Positions 30,108 to 41,576 of a stretch of 64,000 nucleotides of DNA are shown here, in pieces (position 1 is the stretch's first letter; each line of letters begins with the position of its first letter). The notes below the pieces were generated by a model that saw nothing but the letters and a program-made list of their open reading frames with translations, did no database searches and was not told where the DNA came from. This DNA is from an uncultured Gammaproteobacteria bacterium (GTDB taxonomy: Bacteria; Patescibacteriota; Microgenomatia; Levybacterales; UBA12049), in contig CAZEJU010000001.1 in the NCBI GenBank assembly GCA_964512695.1, positions 71,803-135,802 of the forward strand, written 5' to 3'. The translations under genes were made by a program, and so were the position numbers.

Positions 30108-30438
30108 TTGCGATTAAGCAATATTTATCACAAAGAAACTCACATAGTTTTTCATTTTACTGGACTCTCTGTTATTTCGGGCAGAAACGAAGTCGCATTT
30201 GGTGATTATATGGGTTCCGCAGCAGCAAATACCTTACTATTCGGAGTATTTACTTTACTTCATAATGGGGAAAATGCTGACCATAGCTAATTTCTTTACA
30301 ACGTTTTTTTTCATCACCCTGGCATTAGTATCATTCTATGTCCTAGCAGAAATGAACAACAAACTGACAAGAAATAAAGGATATATTTTATTAGCAATGT
30401 ATGTATTATTTGTCTGTTACGAATTTTTCAGCGTTTGA
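30108..30438 (+). pseudogene. Possible remnant of a CaCA (Na+/Ca2+ exchanger)-type transporter C-terminus, split across two frames
   Basis: AFGDYMGSAAANTLLFGVFTLL loosely resembles the CaCA alpha-repeat (GSNIFNILLVLG). The hydrophobic tail continues in the second short ORF. Weak. Confidence 0.25.
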
Positions 30439-30453
30439 AGTATTCCGACTACA

Positions 30454-30849
30454 TCATTTTACTCTGAAGTTCTTATCTTTATTTTTATCCCATCGTTCCT
30501 TCAGTACTGTCATTACTTCCTCTTCTAAAATACCTTGAGATATAAGTTTATCTCGAAGATCCGGATCATATTTTTGATAATTCCTCTCCATTTTTTTTGA
30601 AATAGCTTCCTCTAAATCTATTTCACACTTCGAAGCAAGAGAGGTTAAAATTAATATACAATCTGCGATTTCTTCCGCAATTTCTCCCTTGATCCCTGAG
30701 GTAATTGCTGTCTCAAGTTCTTCCATCTCTTGTATAGCTCGTTTAAAGGTCACTATAGATTCTACATCTAATCCAAGCCTTTTTAGAAGATATGCTTGTT
30801 TATCCTGCATTTCCTTTAGTGTACGAACGTTATAATTCTGCGTTTTCAT
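30454..30849 (-). CDS. MazG-like all-alpha nucleoside triphosphate pyrophosphohydrolase
   Basis: EMEELETAI...EIAEEIADCILILTSLASKCEIDLEEAISKKMERN is the MazG/dCTPase-type EExxE helix pattern. Confidence 0.6.
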   Translation of the reverse strand: MKTQNYNVRTLKEMQDKQAYLLKRLGLDVESIVTFKRAIQEMEELETAITSGIKGEIAEEIADCILILTSLASKCEIDLEEAISKKMERNYQKYDPDLRDKLISQGILEEEVMTVLKERWDKNKDKNFRVK

Positions 30850-30856
30850 ATTACTA

Positions 30857-32527
30857 TTATAGATAAGAAGCATCAAATACTGTTTGGGAAGTAAGATTAT
30901 TGGGTTGGTAAAAATCCTGCAGTGCTTGTTCTACAATTTCCCGTACTCGTCCGCTTGGGACATCTGCAATTTTTAGATCTTTAGGTAACCAGGTATTTTG
31001 GGATTCCGCTCGATACTGTGCTTTCCCATTTAAGCCGGTTTCGCGATGTCGTACATAACTTAATTGTGGAATTACATGCGGCATACTCTCTTCAACTCTT
31101 TTCCAATCTTCAGTGCCAGGATATGGTTTGAATTGAAATGCAGCAATTTCTGTCATACCTCGTCCTTTCAATTCTTTAATAAATGCTAATGTTCTCAGCA
31201 TCTGTTCTTCTGTTTCTCCCGGAAAACCGAAAATAAAGAAACCTTTTGCTTGTATATCATATGCTGCCAGTTTATCAACTGCTGCTCGAACATCATCAGT
31301 TGTCACTTTTTTCTTAATTTGTTTTAACATGTCATCGTCTCCACTCTCTACTCCCAAGGCTATTTTCCAACAACCTGAATCGTGCATTAATTTCATGGTT
31401 TCAGGATCAAAATCTTTAATAACAGGCGCGCGAGTTAAACCCCGCCAAATTGTTTGACCTAATAACCCCCTTTCATCCATACCTCTATGTAAATCTCGTA
31501 CATGTGCAGGAGAGACGATAGCCATATCATCTAAAAAATGGATAGCATTAGCACCTAAATCCCTAACAGCATGCTCTACATTAGTAATAATTCTTCCCAT
31601 CTCAGGTCTTTCATAAGGTTTAAAACCTCTAACTCCTCTATTAACAAGAACAGGAGATGAGCAGAATGTACAATCAAAAGGACAGCCATTAGTTTCAAAA
31701 AGATTGGCTTCACGAATTTTCGTCCTCTTGCCGTGTATATAAACATCATGTTCATAAACAGGTTCCTCAGCATATACTCTTTGATCCACTAAAGGAATTC
31801 TATCAATTGGCCAACCCTTTACGAAATTATCGGGAGATACACTTGATAGATCATCTCCTGGATAGAATACTCCCATCATACGGGGGTTTTCATCATGAAT
31901 CAGTCCGTGTACAAGTTTATTTATTACAGGTTCTCCTGGACCTCGCACAATTGCGGCATTAGGAAAGTCTTCACGAGCTATACGGGGATCTAATGTAGCG
32001 TGTATACCACCTAAAATAACTTTAACACCCATTTTATCGCAAAGTTCAGCAATTTCTATAGCTTCTTGCACGTTTACTGACGTAGGATTAAGTCCAACAA
32101 CTTTTGCACCTGTTTTCACTATCTGTTCAACTATTTCTGTAGGTTGTAACCGTAGACGATGCGCATCGAGGATACCAGCTGATACGGGAGGATATGGTCT
32201 TACTTTACCTTTTCCGGGTATTTCAATCTCCATTTCATGAGCAACGTTAGCAGTAGCGACGACGCGCAGGGGACCATGCGGGAGTTCTTCACCATCTGGA
32301 ATTACTCCTTGCTGATAGGATGATGGCACATTAATCATAAGGAGATCATATGGTCCGCCAGGATAGGGACGAGCCATATGTTCTCTTTTGGCTATTTCCG
32401 GTAATTTATCTTCTTCTATCTTAAAATTTCTCCCACGAACCTCATCAAGTGATTCCTTTACACCTGATCTTGTCTGTGCTTTAAATTGAATTTCATCCAA
32501 GCTAATAAATGGCCCTCTGTCTGTCAT
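30857..32527 (-). CDS. Cobalamin-binding radical SAM protein (class B radical SAM)
   Basis: B12-binding Rossmann segment (VVGLNPTSV...VILGGIHATL) upstream of CPFDCTFC (CxxxCxxC). Amino-acid usage (G/P/R/V/D-rich) unlike neighbouring genes. Confidence 0.75.
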   Translation of the reverse strand: MTDRGPFISLDEIQFKAQTRSGVKESLDEVRGRNFKIEEDKLPEIAKREHMARPYPGGPYDLLMINVPSSYQQGVIPDGEELPHGPLRVVATANVAHEMEIEIPGKGKVRPYPPVSAGILDAHRLRLQPTEIVEQIVKTGAKVVGLNPTSVNVQEAIEIAELCDKMGVKVILGGIHATLDPRIAREDFPNAAIVRGPGEPVINKLVHGLIHDENPRMMGVFYPGDDLSSVSPDNFVKGWPIDRIPLVDQRVYAEEPVYEHDVYIHGKRTKIREANLFETNGCPFDCTFCSSPVLVNRGVRGFKPYERPEMGRIITNVEHAVRDLGANAIHFLDDMAIVSPAHVRDLHRGMDERGLLGQTIWRGLTRAPVIKDFDPETMKLMHDSGCWKIALGVESGDDDMLKQIKKKVTTDDVRAAVDKLAAYDIQAKGFFIFGFPGETEEQMLRTLAFIKELKGRGMTEIAAFQFKPYPGTEDWKRVEESMPHVIPQLSYVRHRETGLNGKAQYRAESQNTWLPKDLKIADVPSGRVREIVEQALQDFYQPNNLTSQTVFDASYL

Positions 32528-32649
32528 AAATTTTTCTCAAAACTGAATAATATCAAAAAGTGCTATAGTAAGTCAATACAAGAGTTATACCATAGATAAT
32601 TGCATCTTATAAGATAGTTATTTCTCTGTATTTTTAGTATAATAACGGT

Positions 32650-33492
32650 ATGAAGTACTTTATTGCACTTTCTTTCGAACACAGAAAAAAACTTGCACCA
32701 GCAATTTCAACTGTTAAGTCATTACTTGAAGAACGGGATGATGAATATATTGTGTATGTGGATCGACAGTTTGAAAATGTCTCTAACACGGTCTTAATGG
32801 AAGGAGCGCTCCGTGAATTAGATGACTCAGATGCTTTATTAGTCGAATCTTCCCATAAAGCAGTAGGAGTGGGGATAGAAGTAGGTGTCGCTTATACACT
32901 CGGTATGCCTGTAGTTTTATTTCGTCAGTCAGGAACTGAACCGTCTACTACCCTGGAGGGTTTAGCATCCGCACCCCCGATACTCTATGAATCTACTAAT
33001 GAATTACGAATGAAAATGACACCAATTTTAGATATTCTGCCTGATCTAATAGTTCCTGAACACCGTGAAGACCGTTGGATGATTAAAGGCTATGTGGAAA
33101 GAGCCAAAAGAGAAGCATCAATGTATGTTAAAAGATATCTTGAAGAGAACGATAAACCCGGACATATACGCCCCTTAGAACAAAGAGTATTATTATTACA
33201 ATTCGCACAGGAATTACTTCATGACGAATCTTTTTTACGACAAGACAGCTTTTCCGTTCGTACCTACGATGTAAGAACACATAAACACTATCAACAAACA
33301 CAAATCGAATTACAAAAAGCAATTTCAGCGCTTACGAGAGAATCATCCATGGTTTGTAGATTGAACGATATAGCCGAAACAACTAGTAATGAATGGAAAA
33401 CCGAAGCCCGCACTGCTTTTTGGGGAAGACCACGGGAAGATCGGTATATTAGCAAAGAAACGGGAACATTTTCTAGGTCTAAAGAAAAATAA
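32650..33492 (+). CDS. Nucleoside 2-deoxyribosyltransferase-like domain protein with C-terminal domain of unknown function
   Basis: DALLVESSHKAVGVGIEVGVAYTLGMPVVLF aligns with the NDT-family acceptor/active-site region. About 170 aa C-terminal extension without recognisable motifs. Confidence 0.5.
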   Translation: MKYFIALSFEHRKKLAPAISTVKSLLEERDDEYIVYVDRQFENVSNTVLMEGALRELDDSDALLVESSHKAVGVGIEVGVAYTLGMPVVLFRQSGTEPSTTLEGLASAPPILYESTNELRMKMTPILDILPDLIVPEHREDRWMIKGYVERAKREASMYVKRYLEENDKPGHIRPLEQRVLLLQFAQELLHDESFLRQDSFSVRTYDVRTHKHYQQTQIELQKAISALTRESSMVCRLNDIAETTSNEWKTEARTAFWGRPREDRYISKETGTFSRSKEK

Positions 33493-33676
33493 AAAGAACA
33501 TAATTAACGTATTTTTCCCTACCCCTCTTGCTTCTCATTACAACCCATGGAGATCAAGGAAAAAACATATTAGATGGGTTTGGAATCGTAGTTAATCTAT
33601 CTCAACCAACACAAAAAATCAGGTATATAAAGCGCAAGCATAGACTACGAAAAATAGACGAAAGTCCAAACTATAA

Positions 33677-35698
<2,022 letters not shown>

Positions 35699-35728
35699 GT
35701 ATAAAAGTTGTGCTATAATTATAAAGGT

Positions 35729-36265
35729 ATGCCAGACTATAATAAACTACTTACTCCAGGAAACATTAACGAAGGTTGGGTTAACGCGATTATTGATATC
35801 CCCGAAGGTTCTTCACTCAAAATAGAATTCGACAGAAAGCATGGTATTTTCATGTTAGATCGAGTAGAACCAAATGTTTTTCCAAAACCAGTAAATTACG
35901 GGTTTATTCCTGGAACAAAAGATACTGATGGGGACGAATTAGATGTATTAGTTGTGTGTCACGAACCAATTCCTACAGGAGTTTTAGTAAAAGCAAAAAT
36001 TCTCGGTATTTTTAATTTCGAAGATGATGGAGAAATGGATTACAAAATTGTCTGTGTTCCTGATGATGACAGAAATACTGGAGATGCTATCGAAACCCTC
36101 GATGATCTCGGAAAACGCTGGAAACAAAAGATAGAGTTCCATTTCGCACATTATAAAGATTTGAAAAAACCAGGCACCACAAAAGTTCTAGGATGGGGAG
36201 ATGTACATGAAGCGAAAGAGATTATCTCTGAGTGTATTAAACGCTACAAAGAAGAAGGCTTCTAA
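35729..36265 (+). CDS. ppa: Inorganic pyrophosphatase (family I)
   Basis: DGDELDVLVVCHEP metal-binding motif. About 175 aa. Confidence 0.8.
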   Translation: MPDYNKLLTPGNINEGWVNAIIDIPEGSSLKIEFDRKHGIFMLDRVEPNVFPKPVNYGFIPGTKDTDGDELDVLVVCHEPIPTGVLVKAKILGIFNFEDDGEMDYKIVCVPDDDRNTGDAIETLDDLGKRWKQKIEFHFAHYKDLKKPGTTKVLGWGDVHEAKEIISECIKRYKEEGF

Positions 36266-36311
36266 TGACAAGTACCCTATGCTATTTTTCTACCAAAATA
36301 AGGAATAGGAT

Positions 36312-36497
36312 TTGAAGATGAAATGTCCCATTGATAAAACTGAAATGGAAAAAGGAGCTATTAGTATTCCTGGGAAAGTTGATACAATGTGGTATTCAAG
36401 AAAATCACTCCTAGATAGTATAAGGGGTAAAGAATTAATTGCTTATAGATGTCCTAAATGTGGAAAAATCGAATTAACAACTGAACCAGATAAATAA
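36312..36497 (+). CDS. Small zinc-ribbon protein
   Basis: CPIDK...CPKCG paired CxxC-like motifs. 61 aa. Confidence 0.35.
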   Translation: MKMKCPIDKTEMEKGAISIPGKVDTMWYSRKSLLDSIRGKELIAYRCPKCGKIELTTEPDK

Positions 36498-36550
36498 TTT
36501 TAACTTTTGATTTTTCCCTAAGGTCCTTGTCCTTAGGATCAAGGAGACTT
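36486..36550. repeat. Intergenic element with interleaved palindromes (cctaagg/ccttagg and tccttg/caagga) flanked by ttttaac units
   Basis: ttttaacttttgatttttccctaaggtccttgtccttaggatcaaggagacttttaacttt. Confidence 0.45.
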
Positions 36551-36563
36551 TTAACTTTATTTT

Positions 36564-39131
36564 ATGAATGTAGGTAAATTACAACCAATAGATATAACAG
36601 AAGAGGTAAAAAGAGCGTATTTAAATTACGCGATGTCTGTTATCGTATCCCGCGCGCTTCCTGATGTTCGTGATGGATTAAAACCTGTTCACAGGCGTAT
36701 TCTTTTTGCTTTACATGAAATGGGATTAACCCACGCGGCTAAATACTCTAAATGCGCGAAAATCGTCGGAGAAGTCATGGGTAAATATCACCCTCATGGC
36801 GATATGCCAATTTATGACGCATTAGTACGTTTAGCCCAGGATTTCGCAATGCGATATCCATTAGTCGACGGTCAAGGAAACTTCGGTTCTATTGATGGAG
36901 ACCCTCCAGCTGCTATGCGTTATACAGAAGCGAAAATGGCAACTATTACATCTGAACTACTAGCAGATCTCGATAAAGAAACAGTCGATTTTACACCGAA
37001 TTTCGATGCTACTCTCCAAGAACCAGATTTCCTTCCCGCCAAATTACCAAACCTACTCTTGATGGGTTCTGAAGGTATTGCTGTCGGTATGGCCACGAAG
37101 ATTCCTCCACATAATCTCGCTGAAGTCGTTGATGCAATTATTCACATGATAGGAAAAACAAAAATAGAGAAAGCTAATCTCACAAATGGGGAGGCACAAA
37201 CGAAACTCGTTAGTGGAGAAGTAGGAACAGCACCTGATCTAGCAATAAACAGAAAAGATTCATACACCGTAACCTCTGACGTGACGATAGAGGAACTTCT
37301 GGAGTTTATTAAAGGACCTGATTTTCCAACAGGTGGGATAATCTACGATGCCGCTGAAATAAAAAATATGTACATGACAGGACGTGGGAAAGTTCTGATG
37401 AGAGGTAAAACAGAGATTGAAGATATCGGACAAGGAAAATCTGCAATCATAGTTACAGAGATTCCATATCAAGTTAATAAAGCACAATTAATTGCAAAAA
37501 TTGCTGATCTTGCTAAAGACAAAAAGGTGGAAGGTATTTCTGACCTTCGTGATGAATCCGATAGACGTGGCCTACGAATATATATTGAATTAAAAAGAGA
37601 TGCAGTTCCAAAAAAGGTTCTCAATAACTTATTCAAGTATACGAATTTACAAGCAACATTCCCGGCAAATATGGTTGCACTTGTAGATGGCACACCTCAA
37701 ACACTGAATCTTAAAATTATTCTTGAAGAGTATATCAAACACCGTTATATCGTTATTCGAAGAAGATCAGAATTCGAATTAAAACAAGCAAAAGCCCGTC
37801 TTCATATTCTCGAAGGTTTAAAAATCGCAGTTGATCATATTGATGCAGTTATAAAAACAATTCGCGAATCCGCAACACAAGAAGAAGCAAAAACTAATTT
37901 AATGGCGAAGTTTAAATTATCTGAGATTCAATCCACAGCTATTCTCGACATGCAACTTCGTAGATTAGCTGCTCTTGAACGACAAAAAATTGAGGATGAA
38001 CTTACGATGGTGAAAGAAACTATCGCGTATCTTGAAGATCTATTAGCACATAATGAAAAAATACTCGATGTCGCAAAGCAAGAGTTGGTTAAGATAAAAG
38101 AGAAATATACAGATGCCCGCAGAACAAAAGTCTTTAAAGGAAAAGTCGATGAGTTTTCAGAAGAAGACCTCATCCCAAATGAACCGACTGTTATTACGCT
38201 TACACAGACAGGCTATATAAAACGTCAAAGTATGAATTCTTTCACCACACAAAATAGAGGAGGGAAAGGAGTATCTGGAATGAAAATGAAAGACGAAGAT
38301 ACCATCGCACATATACGTTCTGCGATGACACATGATAATATTCTTTTCTTTAGTAATAAAGGGAAAGTCTATCAACTTCGTGCATATGAAATCGCTGAAA
38401 GTAGCCGGGTTAGTAAAGGATCAGCAATTATTAACTTATTAAATATCGAGGCTGGAGAGAAGGTAGAATCTTTCGTTATTTATAAACCAGATTTGAAGAG
38501 CGGTTATGTTTTCTTAACGACAAGAAATGGAACTGTTAAAAAAACAGCACTAAAAGAATTTGCGAATATACGACGAAGCGGTATGATTGCTATTAAACTA
38601 GAAAAAGGTGATGAACTTGTTTGGAGTAATTTTACAACTGGAGAGAACGAAGTACTTATTATCACCAAAGAAGGAAAAGCAATCCGATTTAAAGAAGATG
38701 CTGTACGGTCCACAGGCCGCGACACAATGGGTGTAAGAGGAATTAAACAATTGGAAGGTGATGAAGTAATAGGTATGGATGTTATTACAAAAGGAGATAA
38801 CCCTGACTTATTAACAATAATGCAGAATGGGCTTGGAAAGAAAACTGAAATACGCCAATTCCCGTTACAGAGTAGGGGAGGGCAAGGCGTAAAAGTTGCC
38901 AAAGTAACTGAAAAAACTGGTCAAGTAGCTATAGCACAAGTAATTCCTGCTACAGGAGAAGAAGTAATCATTACATCCTCAAAAGGACAGGTTGTAAAGT
39001 TATCCCTCAGTCAAATTCCAAAACTCTCACGAGACACTCAAGGTGTTATTCTTATGCGGTTCTCTGATAAATCGGATAAGGTTACATCAGCTACTTGTAT
39101 AGAAAAAACCCCAAGTACTTCAACTCCATAA
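36564..39131 (+). CDS. gyrA: DNA gyrase subunit A
   Basis: [27 protein letters not shown]-terminal signature. C-terminal beta-pinwheel repeats. Confidence 0.9.
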   Translation: MNVGKLQPIDITEEVKRAYLNYAMSVIVSRALPDVRDGLKPVHRRILFALHEMGLTHAAKYSKCAKIVGEVMGKYHPHGDMPIYDALVRLAQDFAMRYPLVDGQGNFGSIDGDPPAAMRYTEAKMATITSELLADLDKETVDFTPNFDATLQEPDFLPAKLPNLLLMGSEGIAVGMATKIPPHNLAEVVDAIIHMIGKTKIEKANLTNGEAQTKLVSGEVGTAPDLAINRKDSYTVTSDVTIEELLEFIKGPDFPTGGIIYDAAEIKNMYMTGRGKVLMRGKTEIEDIGQGKSAIIVTEIPYQVNKAQLIAKIADLAKDKKVEGISDLRDESDRRGLRIYIELKRDAVPKKVLNNLFKYTNLQATFPANMVALVDGTPQTLNLKIILEEYIKHRYIVIRRRSEFELKQAKARLHILEGLKIAVDHIDAVIKTIRESATQEEAKTNLMAKFKLSEIQSTAILDMQLRRLAALERQKIEDELTMVKETIAYLEDLLAHNEKILDVAKQELVKIKEKYTDARRTKVFKGKVDEFSEEDLIPNEPTVITLTQTGYIKRQSMNSFTTQNRGGKGVSGMKMKDEDTIAHIRSAMTHDNILFFSNKGKVYQLRAYEIAESSRVSKGSAIINLLNIEAGEKVESFVIYKPDLKSGYVFLTTRNGTVKKTALKEFANIRRSGMIAIKLEKGDELVWSNFTTGENEVLIITKEGKAIRFKEDAVRSTGRDTMGVRGIKQLEGDEVIGMDVITKGDNPDLLTIMQNGLGKKTEIRQFPLQSRGGQGVKVAKVTEKTGQVAIAQVIPATGEEVIITSSKGQVVKLSLSQIPKLSRDTQGVILMRFSDKSDKVTSATCIEKTPSTSTP

Positions 39132-39159
39132 GTAGCTTCAGCCATGATATAATGAGGCT

Positions 39160-40026
39160 ATGAAAATTGATGGAAAAACAATTGCAGATAAAATATATGA
39201 ACAGCTCAAGACTAGAACGCAAGAGCTAAAAAATGAAGGAATTAATCCTCACATTGTCGTTATCCTTATAGGGGAAGATCCGGGAAGTGTATCATATGTA
39301 CAGCAAAAGAAGAAATGGTCTGAATTTATAGGTATTAGATTTAGTCTCATACACTATCAGCAAAACGTATCACAAGAAGAAGTTGAGAAGGCAGTAGATC
39401 ATTTAAATAACGATAGACAAGTGCATGGTATTATTATCCAGCGACCAGTTCCCAAACATTTTAACCAAGGAAAACTTTTAAAGATAATCTCCTCTAAAAA
39501 AGACATCGATGGATTTCACCCAGATTCACCTTTCGAAGTTCCTGTCGCTCAGGCAGTATGGAGGCTACTCGAAGAAGTCTACACCAGGTCTAACCTTTAT
39601 GGAGGTTCGACCATAGCACAAGGTTTAACCTTCACTTCTTGGCTTATGCCAAAAAATATAGTCGTCATCGGAAGAGGGGAAACAGCAGGCGGACCGATAA
39701 TTAGTCTTCTGCAAAAGAAAAACCTTAATCCTACTGTAATAGATAGTAAAACTCCTGATCCCCAAAAGAAGATTCAAAAAGGTGACATCGTAATTTCAGC
39801 AGTAGGTAAACCCGGTGTACTGGATAAAAACAGTATTAAACAAGGAGCAATACTTATCGGTGTCGGTTTACGAAAAGACGATTTTGATTCATTAAAGGGT
39901 GATTATTATGAACAGGATATAGTATCAACAGCATCTTTTTATACACCAACTCCAGGAGGCGTAGGGCCAGTAAACGTCGCATACCTTTTAACAAACGTAA
40001 TTGAAGCTGCAGAAAAATACAACTAA
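39160..40026 (+). CDS. folD: Bifunctional methylenetetrahydrofolate dehydrogenase / methenyl-THF cyclohydrolase
   Basis: IDGKTIADKI...VVILIGEDPGSVSYVQQKKK matches the FolD N-terminus. 288 aa. Confidence 0.8.
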   Translation: MKIDGKTIADKIYEQLKTRTQELKNEGINPHIVVILIGEDPGSVSYVQQKKKWSEFIGIRFSLIHYQQNVSQEEVEKAVDHLNNDRQVHGIIIQRPVPKHFNQGKLLKIISSKKDIDGFHPDSPFEVPVAQAVWRLLEEVYTRSNLYGGSTIAQGLTFTSWLMPKNIVVIGRGETAGGPIISLLQKKNLNPTVIDSKTPDPQKKIQKGDIVISAVGKPGVLDKNSIKQGAILIGVGLRKDDFDSLKGDYYEQDIVSTASFYTPTPGGVGPVNVAYLLTNVIEAAEKYN

Positions 40027-40091
40027 TTACTGTATTTTTGAGATTGATAAGTACAAATGCCTACCCAAACCACCTCGAAGGTGGAAACGCA

Positions 40092-40748
40092 TCATCCTTT
40101 TTTATTTTCTAGATATTCCTTTCCATGTCCGACTTCTCTATTAACGGGGATATTCTTTTTACAGAGAGGACATTTTTTTTCTTGATATGCTTCTGCTTTA
40201 AATACTGCAAGTGAGTAAAAAGGAGCTTCCATTGAGATATCATTTACACCATCTGGATTACGGTTTACAAGAACATACACTCCAACAACTGTACCGCTCG
40301 CTTCTTTCACACGTTCTACTACTTTTTTTACTGATGCACCAGTAGTTGTCAGATCTTCAACTACTAGAACTCTTTTATTTTTTACTAATGCATCATATCC
40401 TCTTTTAAACATTTGAGGTCTATCGAAAACTTGTTTCTCATCATATGATTTTTCTGTAAAAACACTTAACACTTCTTTCTTCGTCAAAAGAGATACATGA
40501 TACGCAGTCCATTGAGAAAGGACAATACCACAGATAGCAGGACCGACTACGATATCTATGTCCCAATCTTTTACCTGTTCAGCAATCAACTTACAAACTT
40601 GGGAAGTTAGTCGTGTATAAGGGTATAGTTTATCTTTTCGGATATAGACACTACCATGTTTTCCTGAAGTATAGACGAAATGGTCATCAGTAATGACTGC
40701 ACCAATTTTCTTCAATATACCAATTACGTTTTTATCTGCGCTCCTCAT
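40092..40748 (-). CDS. pyrE: Orotate phosphoribosyltransferase-like type I PRTase
   Basis: PRPP-binding motif RVLVVEDLTTTGASV. Next to pyrF. C-terminal CPLCKK extension. Confidence 0.6.
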   Translation of the reverse strand: MRSADKNVIGILKKIGAVITDDHFVYTSGKHGSVYIRKDKLYPYTRLTSQVCKLIAEQVKDWDIDIVVGPAICGIVLSQWTAYHVSLLTKKEVLSVFTEKSYDEKQVFDRPQMFKRGYDALVKNKRVLVVEDLTTTGASVKKVVERVKEASGTVVGVYVLVNRNPDGVNDISMEAPFYSLAVFKAEAYQEKKCPLCKKNIPVNREVGHGKEYLENKKG

Positions 40749-40754
40749 AGGGTA

Positions 40755-41576
40755 TTATAGTCTATATTTATTTATCTCAGCTCTCATGCTCATCGTTTCT
40801 TTTCTTGCTTTTTCAGCAAAATCTTCACCTTTTGATGCAAATATAATCCCCCGTGATGAGTTAATAATCATGCCTGCTTTTTGAGAATTCAATCCAGCTT
40901 TTACTGTTTTCTCGACATCTCCGCCCTGCACACCTATCCCTGGGACAAGAAAAGTCATTTCTCCAGAAATCTTTCTTACTGCTGCTAATTCCTCAGGATA
41001 TGTCGCTCCTGTAACTAATAAACAATTACCATTTCCATTCCACTCCTTCACAACTTTCTTTGCAACATGCCTATATAATGGTTCGCCATCAATTGCTAAA
41101 TCTTGAAACTCACCAGCACCAGGATTAGATGTACGACAGAGAAAGATACAACCCTTATCTGTTCTCTCGAGAAATCCCCGTTGTGCTTCCTGACCGAGGT
41201 ATACATGTAATGTAACAGCATCTACTCCTAAGTAATCAAAAACATATTTTACATAATTTTTGGTCGTTTCTCCCATATCACCACGTTTCGCATCAAGAAT
41301 AGTAACTACTTCTGGGTAAACCGTTTTCAAATAATCGATTGTCATCTTTAGATCCTTAATTCCATCTGCACCCCGTGCTTCATAAAAGGCAGAGTTTGGT
41401 TTATACGCACAGACTACATCATAAGTAGCATCGATAATCGCTTTATTAAATTCGAACTGAGGATATTGTTTTGACTTCAAATGTGTAGGAAGTTTCCCGA
41501 AATCACTATCAAGCCCGACACAAACAAGAGAATTATTTTTTTTTATAATAAAATCCAATTTTTGTTGGAAAATCAT
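40755..41576 (-). CDS. pyrF: Orotidine 5'-phosphate decarboxylase
   Basis: ILDAKRGDMGET active-site lysine motif. 273 aa. Confidence 0.75.
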   Translation of the reverse strand: MIFQQKLDFIIKKNNSLVCVGLDSDFGKLPTHLKSKQYPQFEFNKAIIDATYDVVCAYKPNSAFYEARGADGIKDLKMTIDYLKTVYPEVVTILDAKRGDMGETTKNYVKYVFDYLGVDAVTLHVYLGQEAQRGFLERTDKGCIFLCRTSNPGAGEFQDLAIDGEPLYRHVAKKVVKEWNGNGNCLLVTGATYPEELAAVRKISGEMTFLVPGIGVQGGDVEKTVKAGLNSQKAGMIINSSRGIIFASKGEDFAEKARKETMSMRAEINKYRL

